63,123 nucleotides of DNA from Acetobacteraceae bacterium (GTDB taxonomy: Bacteria > Pseudomonadota > Alphaproteobacteria > Acetobacterales > Acetobacteraceae). This document shows positions 20,366-29,951 of this stretch, piece by piece. Position 1 is the stretch's first letter. Each line of letters starts with the position of its first letter. The translations under genes were made by a program, and so were the position numbers. The DNA lies in assembly GCA_035606775.1 (NCBI GenBank), contig DATNEJ010000019.1:1-63123 (forward strand). The letters are read 5' to 3'. Below the pieces are notes generated by a model. That model saw only the letters and a list, made by a program, of their open reading frames with translations, did not search any database and was not told the origin of the DNA.

Positions 20366-21935
20366 CGCTCCGGTACCTCCCAAACTCATGGGCGGCGAGA
20401 TGAGCGGCGATCCGGTTCACGACGTCATTCCACGCGCCGATTTTCGTCTGGCGAAAAAGACGCATGGTTGGATACCAGGGTGAATCATCCCGCCCAAGCA
20501 TCCAGCGCCAGTCTGGGCTGAACCCCAGCATGAGCCAGATGGGCAGGCCCAGCGCGCCGGCAAGATGCGCGACGGCGGTATCCACGGAGATTACCAGATC
20601 CATCGCAGCGATCAGCGCTGCCGTGTCAGCGAAATCGCCGATCGCGGCGTCATGCAGCAGGATTCTGCCATTCTCTGCCAGCCAGACGCGGTCCTCCGGG
20701 CGAATCTCTTTTTGCAGACAGTGGAACTCGATGTCCGAGCGCGCCAGGAGCGGCTGCAGTGCCCGGGCCGGCACACCGGCACGTGCATAGCTTGGCGCCG
20801 AACCGGACCAGGCCAGGCCGACACGCGGCCGATCCGATCGCGTAAAGCCATGCAGAACCCGATCGTGCGGCACGATCAGGTATGGGACCGTGGATGGGAT
20901 CGTCGCCAGATCGGTGCAGAATGCCGCGGGCAGGCTGCCGATCGAGGTCAGCAGGTCATGGTCCGGTTCCTCGTCCTCAGGGCCGACGACAGACTCCAGT
21001 CCCGGAACGGCTCGCAACAGTGCGACCAAATCGTCGTAGACACTGAGGCTGACCCGAGCGCCCAGGCGTGTCAGGAGTGGCGCATAGCGGACGAATTGCA
21101 GAATGTCGCCCCGCCCCTGCTCGCTGGTGATTAATACACGCTTGCCGCTGACCTCGCCCAGATTGAGCACCGCGGACCCGGGGCGCGGCACGCCATGCGC
21201 CGCGACGGACCAGCGGCTTTCATACGCCGCCCACCCGTCGGCGTAGCGGCCCAGCATCAGCAGTGCCAGACTGCGGTTCCACCTGGCCGACAGGATATTC
21301 GGCTGCCGTTCCAGCAAGAATTCATAGCGCAGCAGCGCCTCTTCCGGCCGGCCGAGATCGATCAGGCAACGCCCCAGCGCATTGGCGATATCGGCAAGGC
21401 GTGAGGCCGATGTCGTTGGGGCCGCATGGGCGAGTGCCGCCCGATACACGTCGGCTGCCTCCTGCGATCGTCCTGACGCGGCCAGTGCTCGGCCCAGATT
21501 ATACAGGGACGGGACATGCGTGGGGTTCACCGCAAGGGCCGAGCGAAACCGGCCGATTGCCTCACCAAACACTTCACGACCAAACAGCGCGTTGCCGAGG
21601 TTGTTGAGAACATCCGGATTGTGTGGCTGGACCGCGAGGGCGCGCAGACAGGCGGCCTCGGCCTGCGGATAAAGCTTCAGGCGCAGATAGGCGTTGCTCA
21701 GGTTATGGATCACCTGACCGTTGGCCGGGTTTTCCTGTTCAGCGCGGACCAGGTAGCCGACTGCGTCGGCAAGCATGCCGCGATTGACGCACAGCACGCC
21801 CAGAAGATGCAGTGCGTCGGCGTGGTGTGGATCGGCGTGTACGATCTGCCGGCAGCAAGCCTCCGCCGCCTTCCAGTCGCGCGCCGCGTAAAGCCGCGCC
21901 GCCTGGCCGATATCGGCGGCGGGCTGAACCGTCAC
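20355..21935 (-). CDS. TPR-repeat protein with C-terminal GT9-like glycosyltransferase domain
   Basis: Multiple TPRs (ALHLLG, NNLGNAL, YNLGRAL); EQGRGDILQFVRY, DLVISVDTAVAHLAGALG, DWRW....DSPWYPTMRLFRQ. Confidence 0.88.
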   Translation of the reverse strand: MTVQPAADIGQAARLYAARDWKAAEACCRQIVHADPHHADALHLLGVLCVNRGMLADAVGYLVRAEQENPANGQVIHNLSNAYLRLKLYPQAEAACLRALAVQPHNPDVLNNLGNALFGREVFGEAIGRFRSALAVNPTHVPSLYNLGRALAASGRSQEAADVYRAALAHAAPTTSASRLADIANALGRCLIDLGRPEEALLRYEFLLERQPNILSARWNRSLALLMLGRYADGWAAYESRWSVAAHGVPRPGSAVLNLGEVSGKRVLITSEQGRGDILQFVRYAPLLTRLGARVSLSVYDDLVALLRAVPGLESVVGPEDEEPDHDLLTSIGSLPAAFCTDLATIPSTVPYLIVPHDRVLHGFTRSDRPRVGLAWSGSAPSYARAGVPARALQPLLARSDIEFHCLQKEIRPEDRVWLAENGRILLHDAAIGDFADTAALIAAMDLVISVDTAVAHLAGALGLPIWLMLGFSPDWRWMLGRDDSPWYPTMRLFRQTKIGAWNDVVNRIAAHLAAHEFGRYRSATG

Positions 21936-23710
21936 ACGCGCTTCTTCCCGGCTCCGCCGCCGGCTCGTACCGGCTTCGGGTGCTGTGCGGCCGCGGCCCG
22001 CTTGGGCTTCGGCGCCGGCTTGGGCGGCGCCTTCCCGGAACGCAGATCGGCAATCGTCGCCCGCGTGGTGATTTGCTCGGGGTTCATGCGCAGTTCGATC
22101 ACGGCGGGCCGGCCACTCTCGACCGCACGGATGAAGGCCGGTGCGAAAGCCGCCGTCTCATTCACGACCTCGCCATGGCCACCGAACGCCTCGATGAGTT
22201 TGGCGAAATCCGGATTGGTGAGCGCGGTGCCTGATACACGCCACGGGTAGGCGCGTTCCTGGTGCATGCGGATCGTGCCGTACATCTGGTTGTTGAAGAC
22301 CAGCACGATCGGGGCGATGCCGTGATGGAAGGCGGTAGCGATTTCCTGCCCGGTCATCATGAACCCGCCATCGCCGACCATGCTGACGACCATGCGATCC
22401 GGGAAAGCGATCTTCGCGCCGACCGCGGCCGGAACGCTGTAGCCCATCGCGCCATTGGTGGGGCCGATATAGCGCTGTCCTTCACTGAAATTGAGGAAGC
22501 GCGTTGCCCAACCCGCGAAGTTGCCGGCATCGGTGGTGACGATCGCATCCGGGGCGAGCATTCCCTCCAGCTCCCGCATGACTGCCGCGAGATTGAGCGG
22601 CCCCTGATAGTTCGGCACGGCCCGCTGTGCCTCCCGCAGCGAACGCAGTTCCTGCGTCCACGCACCCCAGCTCCCTTTGACCGGAGGCATCGCGGCAGCG
22701 GCCACGGCAAAGGCATTGAGATCAGCGACGATGCCAAGCGCGGGGCGGAACACCCGGCCGATCTCCGCACCGTCCGGCAGGACCTGCACGATCGGCACGC
22801 TGCCCACCATGTCGAGCAGCGTATAGCCTTGTGTGACGGCATCGCCGAGGCGGCTGCCAAGCGCGAGGATCAGGTCAGCTTCCTTGATTCTGGCAATCAG
22901 GCCGGGGTCGGAACCCACTCCAAGATCACCTGCGAAATTGTCGAGCGTGCCGTCATAAGTCGCCTGGCGGCGGAACCCGACCGTGACCGGAACATTGTTC
23001 GATGCGAGGAACTGCCGGATCGCCGCGCGGCCCTGCGCATTCCAGCAGGAACCGCCGAGCACGGCGACGGGCTTCTTGGATCGGGAGAGCAGGTGGGCGA
23101 GTTGCTCCAGTGATGCCGGGTCGGGAAACGCCACGCTGACCGGCACGCGCGGCAGGTCCGGCACCTCCACCACGTCCTTCTGCATCTCCTCGGACAGCGC
23201 TACCACCACCGGACCAGGCCGTCCCGAGGTCGCAACGTCAACGGCGTGGGCGACGATTTCGGGGATGCGCTTCGCGTGGTCGATCTGCGTCACCCACTTG
23301 GCGAGCGGGCTGAACATCCGGCGGTAATCGACTTCCTGGAACGCATCGCGCCCGGCATCCTCATGCGGAATCTGGCCGACGAACAGCAGCATCGGCGTAC
23401 TGTCCTGCATCGCCACGTGCACACCGATCGCGCCGTGACACGCACCCGGTCCGCGCGTGACCATGGCCGCGGCCGGGCGCCCTGCCAGCTTGCCATAGGC
23501 TTCGGCCATGTTGACCGCACCAGCCTCGAACCGGCAGGTGACGAGCTTCAATTTGTGCCGCTGGTCATAGAGTCCGTCGAGCGTATCGAGGAAGCTCTCA
23601 CCCGGCACTTCGAAGACGTGGTCGATCCCTTGCGCGACCAGCGCGTCAGCCAGCACGCGCCCTCCATGGCGCGCCGTCGTGCGCGACTTGCGCGCCCGTG
23701 CCAGATCCAT
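21932..23710 (-). CDS. Thiamine pyrophosphate-binding enzyme (acetolactate synthase large subunit-like)
   Basis: VPGESFL, VTRGPGA, FQEVD, SGRPGPV, GAMGY, GDGGFMMTGQE, NNQMYGTIRMHQE motifs; start set at ATG 23710. Confidence 0.9.
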   Translation of the reverse strand: MDLARARKSRTTARHGGRVLADALVAQGIDHVFEVPGESFLDTLDGLYDQRHKLKLVTCRFEAGAVNMAEAYGKLAGRPAAAMVTRGPGACHGAIGVHVAMQDSTPMLLFVGQIPHEDAGRDAFQEVDYRRMFSPLAKWVTQIDHAKRIPEIVAHAVDVATSGRPGPVVVALSEEMQKDVVEVPDLPRVPVSVAFPDPASLEQLAHLLSRSKKPVAVLGGSCWNAQGRAAIRQFLASNNVPVTVGFRRQATYDGTLDNFAGDLGVGSDPGLIARIKEADLILALGSRLGDAVTQGYTLLDMVGSVPIVQVLPDGAEIGRVFRPALGIVADLNAFAVAAAAMPPVKGSWGAWTQELRSLREAQRAVPNYQGPLNLAAVMRELEGMLAPDAIVTTDAGNFAGWATRFLNFSEGQRYIGPTNGAMGYSVPAAVGAKIAFPDRMVVSMVGDGGFMMTGQEIATAFHHGIAPIVLVFNNQMYGTIRMHQERAYPWRVSGTALTNPDFAKLIEAFGGHGEVVNETAAFAPAFIRAVESGRPAVIELRMNPEQITTRATIADLRSGKAPPKPAPKPKRAAAAQHPKPVRAGGGAGKKRV

Positions 23711-23896
23711 ACCCCGATCCCCCGCGAGTTGCCGCGGCGGAGAATACGCAGAGCACGGTTGTTCCGTCACCACCGCACACGCACCGAAATGGCGAAACGG
23801 TGGCGGCCGGACACAAAGCAACCATATCTTGCGCCGATTCCTGCCCCAGCTCGCGTTGCAGGGTCTTGTCACCAGCAACGTGCGAGAGGTTCTTCG

Positions 23897-24166
23897 ATGT
23901 CGCAGGACGCAGCCTGGTACGACGTGGACAGCGTGGCCCGGGGCCAGTTTCGGACATTCAGCGAGCTTGGCGATTCGATCAGCATGACAGTGCGGGATCG
24001 CCGTCATGCGCTCGCGTTGTCGGGTGAGGAGTGGAATGCCTGGACGGAATTTGTGGCAGATGGTGCACTGCCCACGCGGCCGGCTCTGCCGGAGATGCTG
24101 ATCCGCCTCGGCGTTGCCACATCAAGGCTGGCGCACCTGGCGGAAGCGCGCGTCGACGCGCAATAG
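23897..24166 (+). CDS. Small hypothetical protein (89 aa), possibly Xre-like helical domain
   Basis: SD GAGAGG before ATG 23897; the protein-like C-terminal part of ORF 23246..24166, occupying an otherwise empty gap. Confidence 0.65.
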   Translation: MSQDAAWYDVDSVARGQFRTFSELGDSISMTVRDRRHALALSGEEWNAWTEFVADGALPTRPALPEMLIRLGVATSRLAHLAEARVDAQ

Positions 24167-24205
24167 ACCGAACAGGTCCTGCAGCGCCGAACAGTGCCGA
24201 CGACG

Positions 24206-24460
24206 TTATGCCTGGCCGCTGCCGAACGCGTTGAAGGTGATCAGTGTATAGGTGTCCTTGACCCCGGGCAGGGCTTGAATTCTCTCGGTGACGAACAGGC
24301 CGATATCCTGCTCGGTATCCAGGTAGAACTTGCCAAGCAGGTCGTACTGACCGGACGTTGAAAACAGCTCGGACATTTCAGGGATCGAATCGGCAGCGAC
24401 CCGTGCGACCTCATACGCTCGGCCCATGTCGCACTTGATCATCACAAAGATCGCGCGCAT
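24206..24460 (-). CDS. Stand-alone Lrp/AsnC ligand-binding (RAM) domain protein
   Basis: 84 aa MRAIFVMIKC..G.AYEVA...SELFSTSGQYDLLGKFYL...GVKDTYTLITF; SD AGGAG; no HTH. Confidence 0.85.
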   Translation of the reverse strand: MRAIFVMIKCDMGRAYEVARVAADSIPEMSELFSTSGQYDLLGKFYLDTEQDIGLFVTERIQALPGVKDTYTLITFNAFGSGQA

Positions 24461-24641
24461 CCGCTGCTCCTGCCAACCGGAAACCCGGTTTATACACCCG
24501 ACTTCCATCGGAAGTGCGGTCAGTCGTGGCGCCGCGCGCGGTCGGCGCGCCAACCCAGTGCGGGCATACCCGAAGTCCCGTGGCTTCCGGGTCCACCGAA
24601 CCGCGTTTCGGCGGCTATCGGCTTTCCCCGCGCCGATCGGA

Positions 24642-26972
24642 TCAGGCCTGCTTTTCCTTGGCCGCGCTGATCGCCGCCCAGACGCGGCCTGGGGTCGCCG
24701 GCATATCGAAGTGGCGGATCCCCAGCGGCGCCAGAGCGTCATTGATGGCATTCATGGCCGCACCGAGGGCACCGACCGTTCCGGCCTCTCCGACCCCTTT
24801 GGCGCCGAGTGGATTGACCTTGGTGGGCACCTCCCGGGTGGCCAGGCGGAAGGCTGGATATTCGTCCGCGCGCGGCATCTGATAATCCATGAACGACGCG
24901 GTGAGCATCTGGCCCGACTCAGGCTCATGGACGATGACCTCGCCGAGTGCCTGGCCGACGCCCTGCACCACGCCGCCGTGAATCTGGCCGGCGACCAGCA
25001 GCGGATTCAGCACGCGGCCCAGTTCCTCCACGGCACTGTAGCGAACGATCTCGGTGACGCCGGTTTCCGGATCGATCTCGACTTCGCAGATATGCGTACC
25101 ATTCGGAAAGGTCACCGCCGTCGGCGTGAACTCGCCGGACTCCACAAGGCCGCCTTCCTCCCCTGGCGCGATATGGTTCGGATCGTGCGCGGCACGCGCG
25201 ACCGTCGCAAGGTCGATCGAGCGGTCCGTCCCGGCGATGCGGAATCGCCCATCGACCAGTTCCACGTCGACGACCGCGGCTTCCAGCACCTCCGCGGCAA
25301 TGCGCGTTGCCCTCTCGATCACCTTGTCCACAGCCAGCGTGACTGCCGAACCGCCGATGCACAACGCGCCGGAGCCGCCATTGCCTTTGCCGTGCGACAG
25401 CAGGTCGGTGTCACCGCCCTCAAAGCGCACCTGATCGAGCGGCACACCGAACCGGTCGGCAACAAGCTGGCAGAACGCGGTCTCCAGTCCCTGCCCCACC
25501 GACATGGAGCCGGAGCGGAGGATCAAGGTGCCATCCTCCGCAAGGCGGAGGGTCGATGTGTCCTTCGCCGGCCTCAGGAATGGCCCACCGGCAACCTCTA
25601 TGCAGTTGCACAGCCCGATGCCGCGCAGCTTGCCGCGCGCCTCCGCTTCGGTCCGGCGGGCAGCGAAACCGTCCAGCTCCGACAGGTCCGCTGCCAGTTG
25701 CATGTTCCCTTCGAACTCGCCGCAATCATACGTGAAGGTCAACGCCGTCTTGTACGGCATCGCCTCGGGCCGAATCAGGTTGCGGCGGCGGAGTTCATAA
25801 GGCGTCACACCCAGTTCGCGGGCGGCAAGGTCAATCAGACGCTCGATCGCGTATGTGGCTTCCGGCCGGCCCGCACCTCGATAGGCGGCAGTCGGCACCG
25901 TGTGGGTGAGCACGCCGCACACCTCGGCGGATATTGCCGGAATGTCGTAGACGCCGGCGATCCCGCCGATATTGCCGACACCCCAGCCGGAGCGGCCGGA
26001 GACATAGGCGCCCAGGTTGACGTTCCAACGCAATTTCAGGGCCGTGAACCTGCCGTCCTTGTCTAGGCCGAGAGACGCGGTGATCCGCATCTCCCGCGCC
26101 TGCTCATCGGTCAGAAAACCTTCGGTCCTGTCCGCCACCCAGCGAACCGGGCGACCCAGCCGGCGCGCGACCCACGCGGTCAGCACGACCTCGGGATGCA
26201 CGCCGGATTTCATGCCGAAGGAGCCGCCGACATCGTGGGCCAGCACGCGAATATCGGTCGGCTTCACCCCGAAATTGCCGTTCGCCATGCCGTTCCGCAG
26301 GTTGAATGGCGACTGGTGCGAGGCGTGCACGACAATGCGGCCGTCGCCGCCGATCTCCGACCACGCGCCGCGTGGCTCCATGGAGTTGGCGGTGACGCGT
26401 GAGACCGCAAAATCCAGCGCCGTGACATGCGCCGCCCCGCGCAGCGCCGCTTCCGTCGCCGCCACGTCGCCGCGCTTCCACAGGAAGCCGACATTGTCAG
26501 GCACATCATCCCATACCGAGGGCGCACCAGGCTGCAGTGCGGCAAGCGGATCGGTGACCAGCGGCATGCTCTCGTAGTCAACGATGACCGCTTCTCCGGC
26601 TTCCAATCCGGCGGCGCGCGAGTCCGCCACCACCATCGCCACCGCTTCGCCGACAAAGCGCACCCGATCCTGCGCGAGAAGCGCCCGATCCGTCTTCGGC
26701 GCAGGGCCGCCATCCGGTCGCGGAAAGCCGATCCCGCCAGGGATGGGCCACACGTCGGTCAGATCCGCGCCGGTGAACACCGCCACGACGCCAGGCATCC
26801 CGACCGCCTGCGAGGTGTCGATCCGCGCGATACGGGCGTGCGCGTGGGGGGAACGCACCATGACGGCGACCAGCATGCCGGGCGGATGCGCATCGCCGAC
26901 GTAATTGCCCTGGCCGGTCAGCAGGTGCTGGTCTTCCCGCCGTCGGACCGATCTGGTTTGCAGGGTCGTCAT
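24642..26972 (-). CDS. Xanthine dehydrogenase family molybdopterin-binding subunit (CoxL-like)
   Basis: RRREDQHLLTGQG, RSPHAHARI, DVGGSFGMK, AYRGAGRPEA, GQGLET, GQIHGG, NPLGAKGVGEAG. Confidence 0.92.
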   Translation of the reverse strand: MTTLQTRSVRRREDQHLLTGQGNYVGDAHPPGMLVAVMVRSPHAHARIARIDTSQAVGMPGVVAVFTGADLTDVWPIPGGIGFPRPDGGPAPKTDRALLAQDRVRFVGEAVAMVVADSRAAGLEAGEAVIVDYESMPLVTDPLAALQPGAPSVWDDVPDNVGFLWKRGDVAATEAALRGAAHVTALDFAVSRVTANSMEPRGAWSEIGGDGRIVVHASHQSPFNLRNGMANGNFGVKPTDIRVLAHDVGGSFGMKSGVHPEVVLTAWVARRLGRPVRWVADRTEGFLTDEQAREMRITASLGLDKDGRFTALKLRWNVNLGAYVSGRSGWGVGNIGGIAGVYDIPAISAEVCGVLTHTVPTAAYRGAGRPEATYAIERLIDLAARELGVTPYELRRRNLIRPEAMPYKTALTFTYDCGEFEGNMQLAADLSELDGFAARRTEAEARGKLRGIGLCNCIEVAGGPFLRPAKDTSTLRLAEDGTLILRSGSMSVGQGLETAFCQLVADRFGVPLDQVRFEGGDTDLLSHGKGNGGSGALCIGGSAVTLAVDKVIERATRIAAEVLEAAVVDVELVDGRFRIAGTDRSIDLATVARAAHDPNHIAPGEEGGLVESGEFTPTAVTFPNGTHICEVEIDPETGVTEIVRYSAVEELGRVLNPLLVAGQIHGGVVQGVGQALGEVIVHEPESGQMLTASFMDYQMPRADEYPAFRLATREVPTKVNPLGAKGVGEAGTVGALGAAMNAINDALAPLGIRHFDMPATPGRVWAAISAAKEKQA

Positions 26973-27117
26973 CGTCTCCACTTTTCTCCCATCGGCAAAC
27001 AGCCCGGGGGGCCATCCGGTGCCCGGATGATACAGGAGGGTCCACGCGGCCGTCTTGCCCCCGCCCGGGACGGGTGGGACGCTGCCCGAGACACCTATGC
27101 CACCGGAGGAAACACCG

Positions 27118-27921
27118 ATGTTGGAACTTCGCGCGATCCTGCGCAATCACCTGAAGGAAAAACTCGCGCGAAATGAGGTCGCGGCATCGATGACCGTGCG
27201 CCTCTCCCGCTCGATCGAAATCGCGCAGATCGCGAAAACCGCAGGATTTGACACGCTGTATGTCGATATGGAGCACAATACGCTGTCCATCGACACGACA
27301 TGCCAGATCTGCATCGCCGCACAGCAGATCGGCATCACGCCGCTTGTGCGCGTGCCCGCCAACACGCCGGATTATATCTGCCGCGTCCTCGATGGCGGGG
27401 CGATGGGCATCATAGCGCCGCATGTCCGTTCCGCCGCCGAAGCACAGGAGCTTGTGCAACTGGTGAAATTCCCCCCGCTCGGCGGGCGGTCCGCCGGTGG
27501 CGCACTGTCGCAGTACCATTACCGCAGCTTTCCGATGAACGAGACCTATGCGGCGATGAACGACGCGACGATGCTCGTGCTCATGGTGGAAACGGTTGCC
27601 GCGCTGGAGAATGTCGAAACGATCATCGGCACCGAGGGCGTGGACATGCTGCTGGTCGGCAGCAACGATCTGTGCGCGGAGATGGGCATCACCGGCCAAT
27701 ACGATCATCCCAGGCTGCGGGATGCCTTCGCCCGCACCATCGAAGCGGCCAGGAATGTCGGCAAGCATGTCGGCGTGGGCGGTGTCGCGGCACGGGACGA
27801 CCTGATGACGCAGTTCGTGCAGATGGGTGCTCGCTATGTCTCGACCGGCACGGACCTGGCCTTCCTGGCGGCGGCCTGCACCCAAAAGGCCAGGTTTGTT
27901 AGTGACATAAGGCTGTCATAG
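27118..27921 (+). CDS. HpcH/HpaI aldolase/citrate lyase family protein
   Basis: SD GGAGG; GFDTLYVDMEH, PLVRVP, LDGGAMGIIAPHV, KFPPLGGRS, MVET, VGSNDL. Confidence 0.9.
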   Translation: MLELRAILRNHLKEKLARNEVAASMTVRLSRSIEIAQIAKTAGFDTLYVDMEHNTLSIDTTCQICIAAQQIGITPLVRVPANTPDYICRVLDGGAMGIIAPHVRSAAEAQELVQLVKFPPLGGRSAGGALSQYHYRSFPMNETYAAMNDATMLVLMVETVAALENVETIIGTEGVDMLLVGSNDLCAEMGITGQYDHPRLRDAFARTIEAARNVGKHVGVGGVAARDDLMTQFVQMGARYVSTGTDLAFLAAACTQKARFVSDIRLS

Positions 27922-27981
27922 CCGCACCCGACTCACCCGTTCTCCGAGCCTGCTTGACTGGCCCGGAAGTGGCACCATCTG

Positions 27982-28011
27982 TTGACCCGGAAGTGTAGCC
28001 TAGGCTACATT
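27982..28011 (+). promoter_or_regulatory. mntH promoter overlapped by putative MntR operator
   Basis: TTGACC (27982-87), 18 bp, TACATT (28006-11); perfect 16-bp palindrome TGTAGCCTAGGCTACA (27994-28009) with the TAGC-N4-GCTA core of proteobacterial MntR boxes. Confidence 0.8.
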
Positions 28012-28042
28012 CTGTGGTAGAAGGTGCAAACTATGGCCCAGG

Positions 28043-29389
28043 GTGCAATCTGGAAGATGGTGCGGTGAGCGGCGCGGCCGGAGCCGGCGCTTGAGCCAAG
28101 CGGTCGTCCGCCGGCCAGATTTGTCCGCGCGCACCATCCTTGCGGGGCGTGAGGCGCTGGCCGGCCGCCGCCGGGGCATTCGCGGATTCCTGCCGTTCGC
28201 CGGTCCAGCCGTGATTGCCTCCATCGCCTATATGGATCCCGGCAACTTCGCGACCAACATCCAGGCCGGCGCGCGACACGGTTACACGCTGCTGTGGGTC
28301 GTTGTGGTCGCGAACTTGATTGCCATGCTGTTCCAGGCGCTGTCCGCGCGGATTGGTATCGTCACCGGGCAAAGCCTCGCACAGCTTTGCCGAGCGCATT
28401 TCCGGCGCCCTGTCGTCATCGGCATGTGGATTGTCAGCGAGATAGCGGCGATGGCGACGGACCTCGCGGAGACGCTAGGCGCCGCCATCGGTCTCAGCCT
28501 GCTGTTCGGCCTGCCGCTGCTGGTCAGCCTTTTGATCACCGCCGGCATCACCCTGGCGCTGCTGACATTGCAGTCGCGGGGTTTCCGGCCGCTCGAGCTT
28601 GTCATCGCCGGCTTCGTCGCCACGATCGGCCTGGCTTACCTGATCGAACTGATCATCGCGCCGCCTGACTGGGGCGCGGTCGCCTATCATGCGGTCATGC
28701 CGCAGCTTGCCGGCGGGGACAGCGCCATGCTCGCCGTCGGCATCATCGGCGCGACCGTCATGCCGCACGTTATCTATCTGCACTCCTCACTGGTGCAGTC
28801 GCGCATGCCGGCGCGCACCGACGGGGAACGGCGGCGTCTCATTTCCTATTCCAACCTCGAAGTGCTCCTGGCGCTTGGCCTTGCTGGGCTGGTCAACCTC
28901 GCCATGGTGACCATGGCCGCGACCATGTTCCATGCCGGGCACGCGGATGTGGGCGAAATCGAGACCGCCTATCACACGCTGGTGCCTTTGATGGGTTTCG
29001 TCGCCGCGGGCGCATTCATGACGGCTTTGCTCGCTTCCGGGCTGTCGAGCTCGGTGGTTGGCACGATGGCCGGCCAGACCATCATGCAGGATTTCGTGCA
29101 TTTCCGGATCCCGCTGTTCGTTCGCCGGATCGTAACGATGCTGCCGGCGGTCGTGGCGGTCGCAATCGGCGTTAATGTCACGGACGCGCTGGTACTGAGC
29201 CAGGTCGTGCTGAGCCTCGTGCTGCCCGTCCCGATGATCGCGCTGCTGCTGCTGATCCGCCGCCGCGATGTGATGGGACATCTTGCCCCGTCACCGCGGG
29301 TCCAGGTGCTCGCCATCCTGGGCGCATCCGTCGTGCTGGCGCTGAACGTCTTCCTGGTTCTGCAGACGTGCGGCTTGCCCCTGGGCTAG
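28043..29389 (+). CDS. mntH: Nramp family Mn2+/H+ symporter
   Basis: IAYMDPGNFATN, AMATDLAE, GATVMPHVIYLHS, SSSVVGTMAGQ. Start may be TTG 28091. Confidence 0.95.
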   Translation: MQSGRWCGERRGRSRRLSQAVVRRPDLSARTILAGREALAGRRRGIRGFLPFAGPAVIASIAYMDPGNFATNIQAGARHGYTLLWVVVVANLIAMLFQALSARIGIVTGQSLAQLCRAHFRRPVVIGMWIVSEIAAMATDLAETLGAAIGLSLLFGLPLLVSLLITAGITLALLTLQSRGFRPLELVIAGFVATIGLAYLIELIIAPPDWGAVAYHAVMPQLAGGDSAMLAVGIIGATVMPHVIYLHSSLVQSRMPARTDGERRRLISYSNLEVLLALGLAGLVNLAMVTMAATMFHAGHADVGEIETAYHTLVPLMGFVAAGAFMTALLASGLSSSVVGTMAGQTIMQDFVHFRIPLFVRRIVTMLPAVVAVAIGVNVTDALVLSQVVLSLVLPVPMIALLLLIRRRDVMGHLAPSPRVQVLAILGASVVLALNVFLVLQTCGLPLG

Positions 29390-29492
29390 CCGGGTTCAAG
29401 CGAGTATCCTGGTCGTGCTCACTGAATTGTCGCCCCCTGCGGGCCAGCCTCATACACCGCGCGACTCGACAGACTGGAGGACAGGCATCCCA

Positions 29493-29951
29493 GTGGCCGC
29501 CGCAGCGACCCCGGCTCTACCCGCAGCACGGGTGGAGATGCCGACCGAGCCGACCCAGGCACGACGGTTCGGCAAGGCGCGGACCGCGCAGTCCGGCGCG
29601 CTGCTGGAAGATTATGTCGAGCTCATATCCGACCTGCTGGACAACGGCGGCGAAGCTCGCCCCACCGATATCGCCCGCCGGATGGGTGTGTCCCATGCGA
29701 CCGCGATCAAGACGATCGGGCGGTTAAAGCGGGAAGGATTGGCGATCGCCAAACCGTATCGCGGCGTGTTCCTGACGGAGGCGGGGGAGCGGCTCGCCGA
29801 CCGGGTGCGGGCCCGTCATCGGGTGGTCGTTGACCTGCTGATCGCCGTCGGTGTTCCGGCCGAGGCGGCGGAGCAGGATGCGGAGGGTATCGAGCATCAC
29901 GTATCCGATGCGACCCTGGCGGCGTTCGGGCGGTTTCTGCGCCGCCGCTGA
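29493..29951 (+). CDS. mntR: Manganese-dependent transcriptional regulator (DtxR/MntR family)
   Basis: EDYVELISDL...EARPTDIARRMGVSHATAIKTI.RL, PYRGVFLT, RHRVV, DAEGIEHHVS as in E. coli-type MntR; start uncertain (29415/29493/29538). Confidence 0.92.
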   Translation: MAAAATPALPAARVEMPTEPTQARRFGKARTAQSGALLEDYVELISDLLDNGGEARPTDIARRMGVSHATAIKTIGRLKREGLAIAKPYRGVFLTEAGERLADRVRARHRVVVDLLIAVGVPAEAAEQDAEGIEHHVSDATLAAFGRFLRRR

